In this document: in pieces, positions 19,177 through 29,046 of the stretch
Numbering within the stretch: position 1 is the stretch's first letter
Layout: each line of letters opens with the position of its first letter
Assembly (NCBI GenBank): GCA_965208125.1
Contig: OZ242320.1
Coordinates: 4,928,001-4,992,000 of the forward strand
From: Candidatus Latescibacterota bacterium
Lineage (GTDB): Bacteria; Latescibacterota; UBA2968
Direction: 5' to 3'
DNA length: 64,000 bases
Position numbers and translations under genes: made by a program
The notes under the pieces: model-generated
Database searches by the model: none
The model's input: the letters and a program-made list of their open reading frames with translations, nothing else
Told to the model about the DNA's origin: nothing

Positions 19177-22038
19177 ATGAACCTCGCAGGAATGTTGATG
19201 CAAAAAATTGAGGGCGAAGTGCGATTTGATAAGATGTCGCGCATTCTTTACAGTACAGATGCGAGCATGTATCAAATTGAACCTGCTGGCGTTGTTTTGC
19301 CCAAACACAAGCAGGATGTTTTGCATGTCATCAATCTCGCCAATGAATACGAGGCTCCACTGATCCCTCGAGGTGGTGGCACCGGGCTTGCCGGCGGTGT
19401 GGTGGGCAACGGCATTGTAATGGATATGTCGAAATACATGAACCGCATTCTCGACTTCAATGCCGAAGAAGGTTGGGTCAGAGTTGAGCCAGGCGTGATA
19501 CTCGATGAACTCAATGCATTTCTCAAACCACACGGATTGCAATTTGCACCCGATGTGGCGACCAGCAGCCGCGCGACAATCGGGGGCATGGTGGCCAATA
19601 ATTCTGCTGGCGCGCATTCGGTTATTTACGGCAAGACTATTGATCACGTTTTAGAACTCGATTTGATCTTGTCCGATGGCACAGAAATAACGGTGGGGGA
19701 GTTAGACGAGCCTGTAGTGCAACAAAAATGCGAGCAGCAAGACCTCGAAGGCCAGGCGTATCGGGAGGTAATCCGCATAGCTCGGGAGAATGCCGAAGAA
19801 ATCGAGCGGCGATATCCCAAAATTTTGCGGCGGGTCGGCGGATATAATCTCGATGAATTTATCAAAAAGCAACCGTTCAATCTCGCGCGCATGGTCATTG
19901 GATCTGAGGGGACTCTGGCAACAGTTGTCGGGGCAAAGCTCAAGGCAATTCCACTGCCACAGACAAAGGTGCTGGGTATTGTTCAATTTAACGACCTGAT
20001 TGCGTCTATGAAGGCTGTCGCACCGATCTTAGAAACGGCTCCGGCTGCAGTAGAACTAATCGATAAGATGATTCTCGATCAGACCAAAGGGTCTATGGAA
20101 CTGTCCAGAATGCGTTCGTGGGTGCAGGGTGATCCAGAGGCTGTGCTGGCTGTTGAATACTACGGCGATTCAGAGGGTGAACTGGCCTCTAAGCTGGACG
20201 AACTCGAGGTGCTTCTGGGAAAACAGAATCTCGAATATACTTTTTCCCGTGCTATTTCCGATGTCGAGCAGGCCAATGTTTGGAATGTGCGCAAAGCGGG
20301 ACTGGGTTTGCTCATGGGCGTAAAAGGCGATTCCAAACCCATTGCTTTTGTCGAAGACGCCGCTGTTCCGCCGGAAAGGCTACCCGATTATATTTCTGAG
20401 TTTGGAGCTTTGGTGAAATCGCTCAATACGCGCGCGGGTTATTATGCACACGCCAGTGTGGGTTTGCTACACGTTCGGCCGATGGTCAATCTCAAAGATG
20501 CTGAAGAGATCGCAAAAATGCGATTTATCGCCGAATCCGTGCGAGACCTGGTGATGAAATACGGTGGTGCCGTAAGTGGAGAACACGGCGATGGCCTTGT
20601 TCGGAGTTGTTGGAACGAAACATTTTTTGGTACAACACTTTACGAGGCTTTTCGGGAGGTCAAACGCGCTTTTGACCCCAAAGGCCTGATGAATCCCGGC
20701 AAAATTGTCGATGCGCCGATGATGACCGAAAATTTGCGTTATGGGGTAGAATATCGCGCGAGCGAGATAAATACCCACTTCGATTTTTCCGCCGATGGGG
20801 GATTTCACCGCGCGGTTGAAATGTGCAATGGGGTGGGTGAGTGTCGCAAAAAGCTGGTGGGCACGATGTGTCCGTCTTATATGGCAACGCTGGAAGAAGA
20901 GCATTCGACGCGGGGGCGGGCAAACGCGCTTCGAGCGGCGATTTCGGGACGGTGGGAAGGCGGGCTTACAGATCATCGCATCAACGATGTGCTCGCGCTT
21001 TGTCTGGAGTGTAAAGCATGCAAAGCCGAGTGCCCATCCAATGTGGATATGGCAAAAATCAAGTATGAATTTAAGGCGCATTATTACGCCAAACACGGGC
21101 GGCCGTTGCGGTCTCTTTTATTTGGCAATGTGGAATTGATGGGCAAACTCGGATGCCTCGTTGCGCCCCTTGCCAATCGTTTGTCCAGGACGGGTATTTC
21201 AAAGTGGATGATGAAGCGTCTTGGGATCGCGCCTGCGCGGTCACTGCCGCCATTTGCGCGTCAGACATTTACACACTGGTTCGCCAGTCGCAACGCGCCT
21301 TCAAAAAATAAACGCGTCGTGTTTTTTGTCGATACGTACATAACCTACAATTATCCCGAAATTGGCAAGGCAGCCACAGCCTTGTTTGAAGCAGCGGGTT
21401 ATGAGGTCATTTTGGCCGTAAAGCGATGCTGTGGCCGCCCGATGCTTTCGAGCGGCTATATCGACCGCGTAAAAGAAAACGCCCTGTTTAATATTGAAAA
21501 TCTCTATCAATATACCGAGCAGGGATATCCCATTGTGGGCTTTGAACCGTCGTGTGTTTCGATGTTCACGGATGAATACGGCGATTTAATTGACGACCCG
21601 CGCGTGCGTGCCGTAGCCGACAATATTTATACTTTCGAAGCATTTGTGCAGACGTTTTCCGAACGGGGCGAATTTTCCGTGCCATTTACCGATCTTAAAA
21701 AAGACATTTTGCTCCACGGCCACTGCCATCAGAAGGCTCTGTGGGGAATGGGGACGTCTGAGGCCACGTTGGGATTGCCCGAGGGCTTTCGCGTGACGCC
21801 CATTCAGTCGGGTTGTTGCGGCATGGCGGGTTCTTTTGGCTATGAAGCCGAGCACTACGACGTGTCGCTCAAAGTGGGCGAGTCACGGCTGCTTCAGGTG
21901 GTTCGCGACGCAGATGACACAACCGAGATTGCCGCAGCGGGTTTGTCGTGCAGGCAGCAGATTGCACACGCCACAGGGCGCACTGCCCGTCATCCCGCCG
22001 AAGTATTAGCAGACGCCCTGGATAAGAGCAATGGGTAA
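19177..22038 (+). CDS. FAD-binding/4Fe-4S oxidoreductase (YdiJ/GlcDF-fusion type)
   Basis: PRGGGT, GSEGTL, SGEHGDG, CNGVGEC, CLECKACKAECP and CCG domains (HGHCHQK, CCGMAGSFG). Confidence 0.9.
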   Translation: MNLAGMLMQKIEGEVRFDKMSRILYSTDASMYQIEPAGVVLPKHKQDVLHVINLANEYEAPLIPRGGGTGLAGGVVGNGIVMDMSKYMNRILDFNAEEGWVRVEPGVILDELNAFLKPHGLQFAPDVATSSRATIGGMVANNSAGAHSVIYGKTIDHVLELDLILSDGTEITVGELDEPVVQQKCEQQDLEGQAYREVIRIARENAEEIERRYPKILRRVGGYNLDEFIKKQPFNLARMVIGSEGTLATVVGAKLKAIPLPQTKVLGIVQFNDLIASMKAVAPILETAPAAVELIDKMILDQTKGSMELSRMRSWVQGDPEAVLAVEYYGDSEGELASKLDELEVLLGKQNLEYTFSRAISDVEQANVWNVRKAGLGLLMGVKGDSKPIAFVEDAAVPPERLPDYISEFGALVKSLNTRAGYYAHASVGLLHVRPMVNLKDAEEIAKMRFIAESVRDLVMKYGGAVSGEHGDGLVRSCWNETFFGTTLYEAFREVKRAFDPKGLMNPGKIVDAPMMTENLRYGVEYRASEINTHFDFSADGGFHRAVEMCNGVGECRKKLVGTMCPSYMATLEEEHSTRGRANALRAAISGRWEGGLTDHRINDVLALCLECKACKAECPSNVDMAKIKYEFKAHYYAKHGRPLRSLLFGNVELMGKLGCLVAPLANRLSRTGISKWMMKRLGIAPARSLPPFARQTFTHWFASRNAPSKNKRVVFFVDTYITYNYPEIGKAATALFEAAGYEVILAVKRCCGRPMLSSGYIDRVKENALFNIENLYQYTEQGYPIVGFEPSCVSMFTDEYGDLIDDPRVRAVADNIYTFEAFVQTFSERGEFSVPFTDLKKDILLHGHCHQKALWGMGTSEATLGLPEGFRVTPIQSGCCGMAGSFGYEAEHYDVSLKVGESRLLQVVRDADDTTEIAAAGLSCRQQIAHATGRTARHPAEVLADALDKSNG

Positions 22039-22315
22039 TATCAAGCGCGTTCGCGTGATAATCAGCGGACGGGTTCAGGGCGTTGGATTCCGCTATTTCA
22101 CACAGCGAGAAGGCGAGCGCCTCGGGGTGGTCGGATGGGTAAAAAATTTACCCAATGGTGATGTTGAGGCTGAAGCAGAGGGGGATGAAACGCAAATTGA
22201 TGCATTTACAGAAGCGATAAGACGAGGACCTCCTGCATCTCGCATCCTGAATTACCAGATCAATGAGATACCTGTGAACCACAGGGATGTTGGGTTTGAC
22301 ATAAAATTTTTTTGA
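22031..22315 (+). CDS. acyP: Acylphosphatase
   Basis: GRVQGVGFR and GWVKNLPNGDVE motifs. Confidence 0.95.
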   Translation: MGNIKRVRVIISGRVQGVGFRYFTQREGERLGVVGWVKNLPNGDVEAEAEGDETQIDAFTEAIRRGPPASRILNYQINEIPVNHRDVGFDIKFF

Positions 22316-22335
22316 TAAATTTTAAGGGAAAAATA

Positions 22336-22848
22336 ATGGACTTAAAAAGAATTATTCGCGATGTGCCCGATTTTCCCAAAGCGGGTATCTTGTTCAAAGA
22401 TATTACGCCATTGCTTGCCGATGCGGACGCTCTTCGCGCATCGATAGAACAACTCGCACAACCCTATCGCAATGGGGCTGTCGATCTCGTTGTGGGAATT
22501 GAGTCGCGTGGTTTTATTTTTGGTACAGCGCTCGCACGAGAACTCGGTGTGGGCTTTGTACCGATCCGCAAACCCGGCAAGCTACCAGCAAATGCGATTT
22601 CCGCGGAATACGAATTGGAATACGGAACAGATAGGATTGAGATTCACACAGATGCAATCGCCAAAGGACAAAAGGTCGCTATTGTGGATGATTTGCTCGC
22701 AACCGGTGGCACAATGGCTGCAGCGTGTCAGCTCGTATCTGAACTCAAAGGGGAAATCGTCGGTATCTCTTTTGTTATTGAATTGGACTATTTAAACGGA
22801 CGAGAAAAACTCGAAAATTGGCCTATTAACACGCTGATTCACTATTGA
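22336..22848 (+). CDS. apt: Adenine phosphoribosyltransferase
   Basis: PDFPKAGILFKDITPLL, IESRGF, RKPGKLP, YELEYG and VDDLLATGGT. Confidence 0.97.
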   Translation: MDLKRIIRDVPDFPKAGILFKDITPLLADADALRASIEQLAQPYRNGAVDLVVGIESRGFIFGTALARELGVGFVPIRKPGKLPANAISAEYELEYGTDRIEIHTDAIAKGQKVAIVDDLLATGGTMAAACQLVSELKGEIVGISFVIELDYLNGREKLENWPINTLIHY

Positions 22849-22856
22849 CATTATGT

Positions 22857-22929
22857 GCCCCTGTAGCTCAGAGGACAGAGTAGCGGATTCCTAATCCGTT
22901 GGTCGCAGGTTCGAGTCCTGCCAGGGGCA
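22857..22929 (+). tRNA. tRNA-Arg (anticodon CCT), CCA not encoded
   Basis: Cloverleaf: GCCCCTG/CAGGGGC acceptor stem, GCGGA-TTCCTAA-TCCGT anticodon arm, GCAGG-TTCGAGT-CCTGC T arm. Confidence 0.95.
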
Positions 22930-22945
22930 CTTTTATAAAAAGAAA

Positions 22946-25177
22946 ATGATGGAATCAAATTTTCGTGGCAAGATAGGCATCTCCTACAAGGATTCAGAAC
23001 CAGATTGGCTTTCCCCCCCATCGTCAGACGGCGCTCCAAACGTCCTTGTGATTCTTCTGGATGATACCGGATTCGGCAATCTGGGTTGCTATGGTTCGAC
23101 AATCGAAACACCAAACATGGACGCCCTCGCAGCAAACGGGTTGCGGTACAACAATTTTCATGTCACGCCCTTATGTTCCCCGACCCGAGCATCTCTGTTA
23201 ACCGGCCGTAACCACCATGCCGTTGGTATGTCGACGATTGTCGATGGCGGTGATGCTGGGTTTCCCAACCGTCGAAGTCGCGTGAGCCGACACGCGGCAA
23301 CCCTGGCAGAGATGCTGAGCGAAGAAGGCTTCGCCACCTTTGCTCTCGGCAAATGGCATCTCAACCCCAGCACACAGAACTCGGCTGGTGGATCTCGCGC
23401 CGAATGGCCATTGCAACGCGGGTTCGATCGCTTCTACGGTTTCCTGCCGGGTGCCACCGACCAGTTCTATCCAGAGCTGACCTATGACAACCACCCTGTA
23501 TCGCCCCCAAAAACGCCTGAAGAAGGTTATCACCTCACAGAAGACCTGGTAGATCACGCCATCGAGTTTGTCAATGACCTCAAAGCCATGCGTCCCGAAA
23601 CACCGTTCTTCATGTACTTCGCGCCCGGTGCTATGCATAACCCACATCAAGTGCCAAAAGAATACATCGATAAATACAAAGGTCGTTTTGACGAAGGGTG
23701 GGACGTTGTCCGTGAGCGCTATTTTCAAAAGCAAACCGAACTTGGGATTATCCCTGACGGCACTCGCCTGCCACCCAGGAATCCTGGCGTACAGCCATGG
23801 GAAACACTGAGCCAGAATGAAAAGAATTTCGTGTGCCGACTGCAGGAAACATGGGCAGGTTTCCTTGAGCATACGGATGCACAAATCGGACGACTGATCG
23901 AACATCTGCGCGCTATTGATCAACTGGATAATACACTCCTGATACTCACCGCCGACAACGGCACCAGCCAAAACGGTGGTCCTTACGGTGTTATGAACAT
24001 TGGTCCAAGTCCCCTGCGCAATGCCGCAAACAATGGGCAGACCGTAGGCGGGAAAACCGGTCGCGCTTTACCAGAAGAAGATTTCGATGCCATACAGGAA
24101 AAACTGGATGACATCGGGAGCCCGCACAGCTACACCGATATCCCCTGGGGTTGGGCTCAGGTGGGCAACACACCCTTGCCATGGTACAAGCAGGATACAC
24201 ATGCGGGCGGTGTACGCGTGCCGATGATCATTCACTATCCACCATCCATAAAAGATGCTGGCGGTGTAAGGGGACAGTTCCACTTCGTTTCAGATCTCAC
24301 ACCAACAATACTTGAAGTACTCAATTTACAACCTCGGTCGTGCTACCGTGGATACGATCAGATGCCTATTACGGGAACGAGCATGGCCTACACTTTTGGC
24401 GACAGAGATTGCCCTACGCAAAAATCTGTTCAGTATTTTGAAATGATGGGCAACCGTGCGCTCTGGCTCGACGGCTGGATGGCTGTTACCAGACACGACC
24501 CAGACGACGATTACAATGATGACGAATGGGAATTGTATTATCTCGATGAAGATTTCTCGCAATCCAATAACCTCGCAAAGGCCGAGCCAGATCAACTGAA
24601 AAAGCTGATTGAAAGATGGTGGGTAGAAGCCGGACGCTATGGCGTCTTGCCTCTGCGCTCTGGGCTGCCACCGCGCCCCACCACTGCGGAACCCGATTCG
24701 CTGACGTATCATTTTGTTCCGCCAATGGCTCGCATTGCATCAAAACAATCGCCCGCACTGGAACAGGGAAACTGGTCATTAACTGCCGAAGTTGAGATCC
24801 TGCCAGAAACCGAAGGCGTCATCTATGCCCAGGGAAAATCCCTCGATGGATTTTCTTTATTCATACAGAATGGCACACTGTGCTTTGTGTATAACGCGCT
24901 GGGTCAAACAATCTCAGGTCGTTCCACAACGACGCTTCCCAATGGTCGTATTACCGTGGGCGCTGCGTTCAAACCAGCCGACGATGGCACAGGAACCATC
25001 ACTCTCACGGAAGATGGCGAGACAATCGGTTCGATCCAAATTCCAGATACCACACGCAGGTCAAAGATGCGCGGTGTAGAAGTCGGTCGCAACCGACATT
25101 CACCCATCGCGGGCGTTTCACCTTTTGAATTCACTGGCGTTATCCATTTTGTAGATATATGCGTAGAACTTAGGTGA
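22946..25177 (+). CDS. Arylsulfatase (formylglycine-dependent, Cys-type)
   Basis: PNVLVILLDD.G, CSPTRASLLTGR, GKWHL and ADNG motifs; C-terminal LamG-like extension; no signal peptide. Confidence 0.92.
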   Translation: MMESNFRGKIGISYKDSEPDWLSPPSSDGAPNVLVILLDDTGFGNLGCYGSTIETPNMDALAANGLRYNNFHVTPLCSPTRASLLTGRNHHAVGMSTIVDGGDAGFPNRRSRVSRHAATLAEMLSEEGFATFALGKWHLNPSTQNSAGGSRAEWPLQRGFDRFYGFLPGATDQFYPELTYDNHPVSPPKTPEEGYHLTEDLVDHAIEFVNDLKAMRPETPFFMYFAPGAMHNPHQVPKEYIDKYKGRFDEGWDVVRERYFQKQTELGIIPDGTRLPPRNPGVQPWETLSQNEKNFVCRLQETWAGFLEHTDAQIGRLIEHLRAIDQLDNTLLILTADNGTSQNGGPYGVMNIGPSPLRNAANNGQTVGGKTGRALPEEDFDAIQEKLDDIGSPHSYTDIPWGWAQVGNTPLPWYKQDTHAGGVRVPMIIHYPPSIKDAGGVRGQFHFVSDLTPTILEVLNLQPRSCYRGYDQMPITGTSMAYTFGDRDCPTQKSVQYFEMMGNRALWLDGWMAVTRHDPDDDYNDDEWELYYLDEDFSQSNNLAKAEPDQLKKLIERWWVEAGRYGVLPLRSGLPPRPTTAEPDSLTYHFVPPMARIASKQSPALEQGNWSLTAEVEILPETEGVIYAQGKSLDGFSLFIQNGTLCFVYNALGQTISGRSTTTLPNGRITVGAAFKPADDGTGTITLTEDGETIGSIQIPDTTRRSKMRGVEVGRNRHSPIAGVSPFEFTGVIHFVDICVELR

Positions 25178-25211
25178 GGAACTAATCAGGGAATGATATA
25201 TGGAGGATTGA

Positions 25212-25886
25212 ATGATCTATACCATCCGCAAATTTCACGTTCACCGCAAAGACTACGCCGAATTTGTTCGCTTTAGCGAAGAACAGATCTGGCCAGCCAT
25301 CGAAGAAAAAGGAGCGCGTGCACTCGGCCTCTGGGTCGTTGCCATAGGTGGACCCGAACGCATCTTTCTCATGACGCGATACGACAGCCATGGTCATTGG
25401 GAAGAAACCCGAAATTGGGACAATCTCGCCAATGAAGGCAGTGGACGTGCCGCACTCGTACACGAAACCGAATGTATTTCCCTATTGCCCCTCACGCAAA
25501 GACAGCCTGATAGCGACGCCCCCGAAAAAGAGCCTGGCATTTATACTCTGCGCTCATTCAAAGTCGCGCCTACCGACGTTTCGCGTTTTGTCGACTTATC
25601 AGAAAATCAGTGGTGGCCCTGGGTCACCCGAGGCGAAGATGTGCGCCCCATTGGCCAATGGATAACCAAATCAGCACCCGAAGACCGCATCTACATGATG
25701 ACGCGATACGACAGCCTGTATCATTGGGAAGGCCATCACAGCAATGTCGGCACCATCGCACAACCCGATGATCCCGAAATGGGCAAAGTCTGGGAAATCG
25801 GCCAAAAAGCCATTCAAGAGCGCAAAAAAATCACCATCGATACCAACGTCAAAGTTCTGCGTCCCATCACCAGCAGAAGACCATAA
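25212..25886 (+). CDS. Double NIPSNAP-like domain protein
   Basis: Two internal repeats (IYTIRKF...MTRYDSHGHWE and IYTLRSF...MTRYDSLYHWE) and C-terminal LRPITS. Confidence 0.7.
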   Translation: MIYTIRKFHVHRKDYAEFVRFSEEQIWPAIEEKGARALGLWVVAIGGPERIFLMTRYDSHGHWEETRNWDNLANEGSGRAALVHETECISLLPLTQRQPDSDAPEKEPGIYTLRSFKVAPTDVSRFVDLSENQWWPWVTRGEDVRPIGQWITKSAPEDRIYMMTRYDSLYHWEGHHSNVGTIAQPDDPEMGKVWEIGQKAIQERKKITIDTNVKVLRPITSRRP

Positions 25887-25898
25887 CAGGAGGCCCCA

Positions 25899-27572
25899 AT
25901 GCCCCAAATGACAGGTGCACGATTTCTCGCAGAAACCGTGCATGGCCACGGAATAGACACCGTCTTTTTTATGCCTTACATCGCGCCCCGAGCATTGATG
26001 GAAATGGAAAATCTTGGCATGAAACGCGTGCAAACCCACGGAGAAAAAGCCGCCGCGTACATGGCCGATGCGTATGCGCGCGTCAGACGCGGTCCAGGTC
26101 TTTGTATGGCCCAATCCGTTGGTGCCGTTAACCTCGCTGCTGGTCTTCAAGACGCCTATCTTGCCTGCTCGCCTGTTATCGCAATCACAGGCAAAGAAAG
26201 CCATGTCAATCAGCTCCGCCATGCCTATCAGGAAGTCGATCACCGAAACCCGTTTGGTGCAGTTACAAAATACACCGCTGATGTCCACGCCGTCGATCTG
26301 TTGCCCGTGTATTTGCGGCAGGCTTTTCGATCAGCCACCACAGGCACACCAGGCCCCGTACATCTCGATCTACAAGGTCTTGCCGGTCAAGTCGTCGTTG
26401 AAGCCGAAGCCGATTTTGAAGTCGTCATCGAATCTGCCTTTTCCCAGATTCCACCTTTTCGCCCGACTGCCGAACCCGAATTGATCACCGAAGCCCTCAG
26501 CCTTCTTTCTCAAGCCAAAAAGCCGATCATCATGGCCGGTGGTGGCGTGACCACATCCGACGCGAGAGCCGAACTCATCGCTCTCGCCGAAAAACTTTCC
26601 ATTCCCGTCGCCACATCCCTCAATGCCAAAGCCATGTTTCCCGCCGATCACGAACTCGCTATCGGCACACCCGGTTCATACTCACGCGCCTGTGCCAATC
26701 AGGCCATGTTTGAAACCGATCTGGTTTTCTTCATCGGCAGTCATACGGGCGGGCAGGTTACCAATGGGTATAAAGTGCCGCCACAAGGCACGCCCATCAT
26801 TCAACTCGACATCAATGCCGAAGAATTGGGTCGCAACTATCCCCTCACCCTCGGCCTTCAAGGCGACGTGCGAAACACATTGCGCCTCATGATTGATCAG
26901 GCCAGCAAAGCAGAGCCTCGCACCCAATGGATCGCCCGCATCCACGAACTCGTCAACGCATGGAAAGAAGACATGGCCAAACATGTCAACTCCGACATTG
27001 AACCCATGCGTCCCGAACGCCTCTGCAAAGAACTGTCTGACTTTCTTCCTTCCGATGCCATACTCGTCTCCGACACAGGACACTCCGGCATCTGGACCGG
27101 CACCATGCTCGACTTCAAATATCCCACACAATCTTATATCCGCTGTTCTGGTTCACTCGGCTGGGGTTTCCCTGCAGCCCTCGGTGCCAAATGCGCCGCA
27201 CCAGACCGTCCCGTCATTTGCTTCACTGGCGATGGAGGCATCTGGTATCACATGACCGAACTCGACACCGCCCTGAAATCCGAAATCAACACCGTCACCG
27301 TCATCAACAACAACCATTCGCTGAACCAGGAACAAGGTGGTGTAGAACACACCTATGGCGGTCGTACCAAAGGCTCTGACGAACTCTGGCTCTTCCCAGA
27401 CGCAGACTTTGCCAAAATGGCCGAAGCCATGGGGTGCTTTGGCATCACCGTCAACAAAATCAGCGAGCTGCAAAGTGCTCTTGAGCAAGCCCTCAACGCA
27501 GGCAAACCCGCCGTCGTCGATGTCAAAACCCATCTCGAAGGCATTGCTGCAAAAGCCTGGATGCCAGCCTAA
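25899..27572 (+). CDS. Thiamine-pyrophosphate-dependent enzyme (acetolactate synthase-like family)
   Basis: EKAAAYMADAYAR, PGPVHLDL, GSLGWGFPAALGAK and GDGG...NN ThDP motif. Confidence 0.9.
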   Translation: MPQMTGARFLAETVHGHGIDTVFFMPYIAPRALMEMENLGMKRVQTHGEKAAAYMADAYARVRRGPGLCMAQSVGAVNLAAGLQDAYLACSPVIAITGKESHVNQLRHAYQEVDHRNPFGAVTKYTADVHAVDLLPVYLRQAFRSATTGTPGPVHLDLQGLAGQVVVEAEADFEVVIESAFSQIPPFRPTAEPELITEALSLLSQAKKPIIMAGGGVTTSDARAELIALAEKLSIPVATSLNAKAMFPADHELAIGTPGSYSRACANQAMFETDLVFFIGSHTGGQVTNGYKVPPQGTPIIQLDINAEELGRNYPLTLGLQGDVRNTLRLMIDQASKAEPRTQWIARIHELVNAWKEDMAKHVNSDIEPMRPERLCKELSDFLPSDAILVSDTGHSGIWTGTMLDFKYPTQSYIRCSGSLGWGFPAALGAKCAAPDRPVICFTGDGGIWYHMTELDTALKSEINTVTVINNNHSLNQEQGGVEHTYGGRTKGSDELWLFPDADFAKMAEAMGCFGITVNKISELQSALEQALNAGKPAVVDVKTHLEGIAAKAWMPA

Positions 27573-27651
27573 GCAGAACAACGCGCCCAGATCAAAGAAG
27601 TTCTATCAACAATCGTTTAATCATAAATATCATTTTTTTGGAGGAGCAACA

Positions 27652-28398
27652 ATGTCAATCGAGCAATTACAAGAATATGGCCTAACCGGTCCTTTTGAGT
27701 TGGCAGACAAATCCCTCGTCGATGCCGTATGTGAGGTCGGGATAGAACTACAAGCGCTACAACGCCAGGAAAATATCGTGCGCCAGTTGGCAGGACAAGA
27801 ACCCCAATTTAGAACGAAGATCGATAGACACATGGAATTCAAGGTGATGAGAGACCTCTGTCTCGATGAAAATGTAAAGTCCGTGGTGTCCGAACATTTC
27901 GGCAATGATCTTTTTATCTGGGGTAGCGTTTTTCAATTGAAATCTGAAGGCGTGTCAGAAAATATATGGCACCACGATCGCGCATACGAAAACGGTCGCG
28001 ATCAAGTCAATCTCTATGATACCAGCAACCACTTCTCTATTCTGTTCGCGCTGACCGATATTGGCTACGGTGCTGGTAGAATCGAATATGTGAAGGGATC
28101 TCATCAACCCATTGATGGGTGGAACAGAGAGATGCGTTTTGTAAAACAAGTGCCGGAAATCGTCCATGACAGGATCGAGACACTGACGATGAAAAGGGGT
28201 GAATTCGTGGTGTTTCATTCTCAAATCATGCATCGCAGCCTGCCTTTTGAGTATGGCGAGCCAAGAATCTCATTGGCCGTCAGACTCGCGAGGAAGGGCA
28301 CACAAATCCCCGATTATTTTCCACAAAATCCAAATCCAGCCGCAGAAACACAAGGAATCGCCCGTTTCAATCAGTCGGCGACGTTTTCTTTCAACTAA
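27652..28398 (+). CDS. Phytanoyl-CoA dioxygenase (PhyH) family Fe(II)/2OG enzyme
   Basis: WHHD, VKGSH and FHSQIMHRS motifs. True start is ATG 27652 after GGAGGAG. Confidence 0.8.
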   Translation: MSIEQLQEYGLTGPFELADKSLVDAVCEVGIELQALQRQENIVRQLAGQEPQFRTKIDRHMEFKVMRDLCLDENVKSVVSEHFGNDLFIWGSVFQLKSEGVSENIWHHDRAYENGRDQVNLYDTSNHFSILFALTDIGYGAGRIEYVKGSHQPIDGWNREMRFVKQVPEIVHDRIETLTMKRGEFVVFHSQIMHRSLPFEYGEPRISLAVRLARKGTQIPDYFPQNPNPAAETQGIARFNQSATFSFN

Positions 28399-28407
28399 CT
28401 TCGACTG

Positions 28408-28848
28408 ATGATCTATCATCCAGAAGCCACGCCCAGGAGAACGCCGGCATTAACCAGCATCATCGATATTCCACCGACCGTTCTGGACGTCTTCAACACG
28501 GAGCATTCTGGGCCGGTTGAGGGCAATTCCCTTTTGCCCATCGTATTGGATGGCGGCGACCAAAATCACGATTACGCCATCACGCATGGCGCGTGGGTCG
28601 GCGGCTGGAGTCCCGATGGTGGCAATCCCCAGGGCCAGGTAACTGACGGCGAATGGACGCTTCTGCTAGAGAACCAGGGTCCGCCCGACAAGCTTTACCA
28701 TCTGCCTTCCGATCCAGGTCAAAACGAGAATCGGTTCGAATCGAGCGCCGATGAAGTTCGAAGACTCTACGACGCATTTCTTAACTTCATCGATCAGAAC
28801 GGTGGGCCTCCCGAAATGGTGGAATCCTTTCGCAATAGAATGCCCTAG
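28408..28848 (+). pseudogene. C-terminal fragment of a sulfatase
   Basis: IIDIPPTVLD, GNSLLP, TDGEWTL and LYHLPSDPGQNEN match sulfatase C-termini. The CxPxR half is absent and there is no RBS. Confidence 0.65.
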
Positions 28849-28881
28849 TAGTACCAGTGCCGAACCAGAAAGAGGCCAGTT

Positions 28882-29046
28882 ATGAAACACACACACTCAG
28901 ACGGTCCAATCAAACTCACCTATCCCGAAGGTTATGATCCCTGGCAAATTTCTATCGATAAACTGTGTGATCCCTGGAGTGAGTGGGATGGCATGCAGGA
29001 AGTCGTTGCTGAGGCACAAAATTCGGGAGATCAAAGCGATGCTTGA
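28882..29046 (+). CDS. Possible 54-aa ORF or gene remnant
   Basis: AGAGG then ATG. Reads MKHTHSDGPIKLTYPEGYDPWQISIDKLCDPWSEWDGMQEVVAEAQNSGDQSDA*, with the stop overlapping the next ATG. Confidence 0.3.
   Translation: MKHTHSDGPIKLTYPEGYDPWQISIDKLCDPWSEWDGMQEVVAEAQNSGDQSDA

Noticed and set aside
22845-22850. TTGACA just before the tRNA as its -35 box
   Set aside because: Only 6 bp from the tRNA 5' end and overlapping the apt stop, so the geometry does not fit.
27355-27651. N-terminal extension of the PhyH ORF in the ORF track
   Set aside because: It overlaps the ThDP gene out of frame, and a strong RBS supports ATG 27652. The track's longer starts at 1639, 28934, 30240, 35338, 39218, 48876, 49320, 56825 and 60540 were trimmed for similar reasons.
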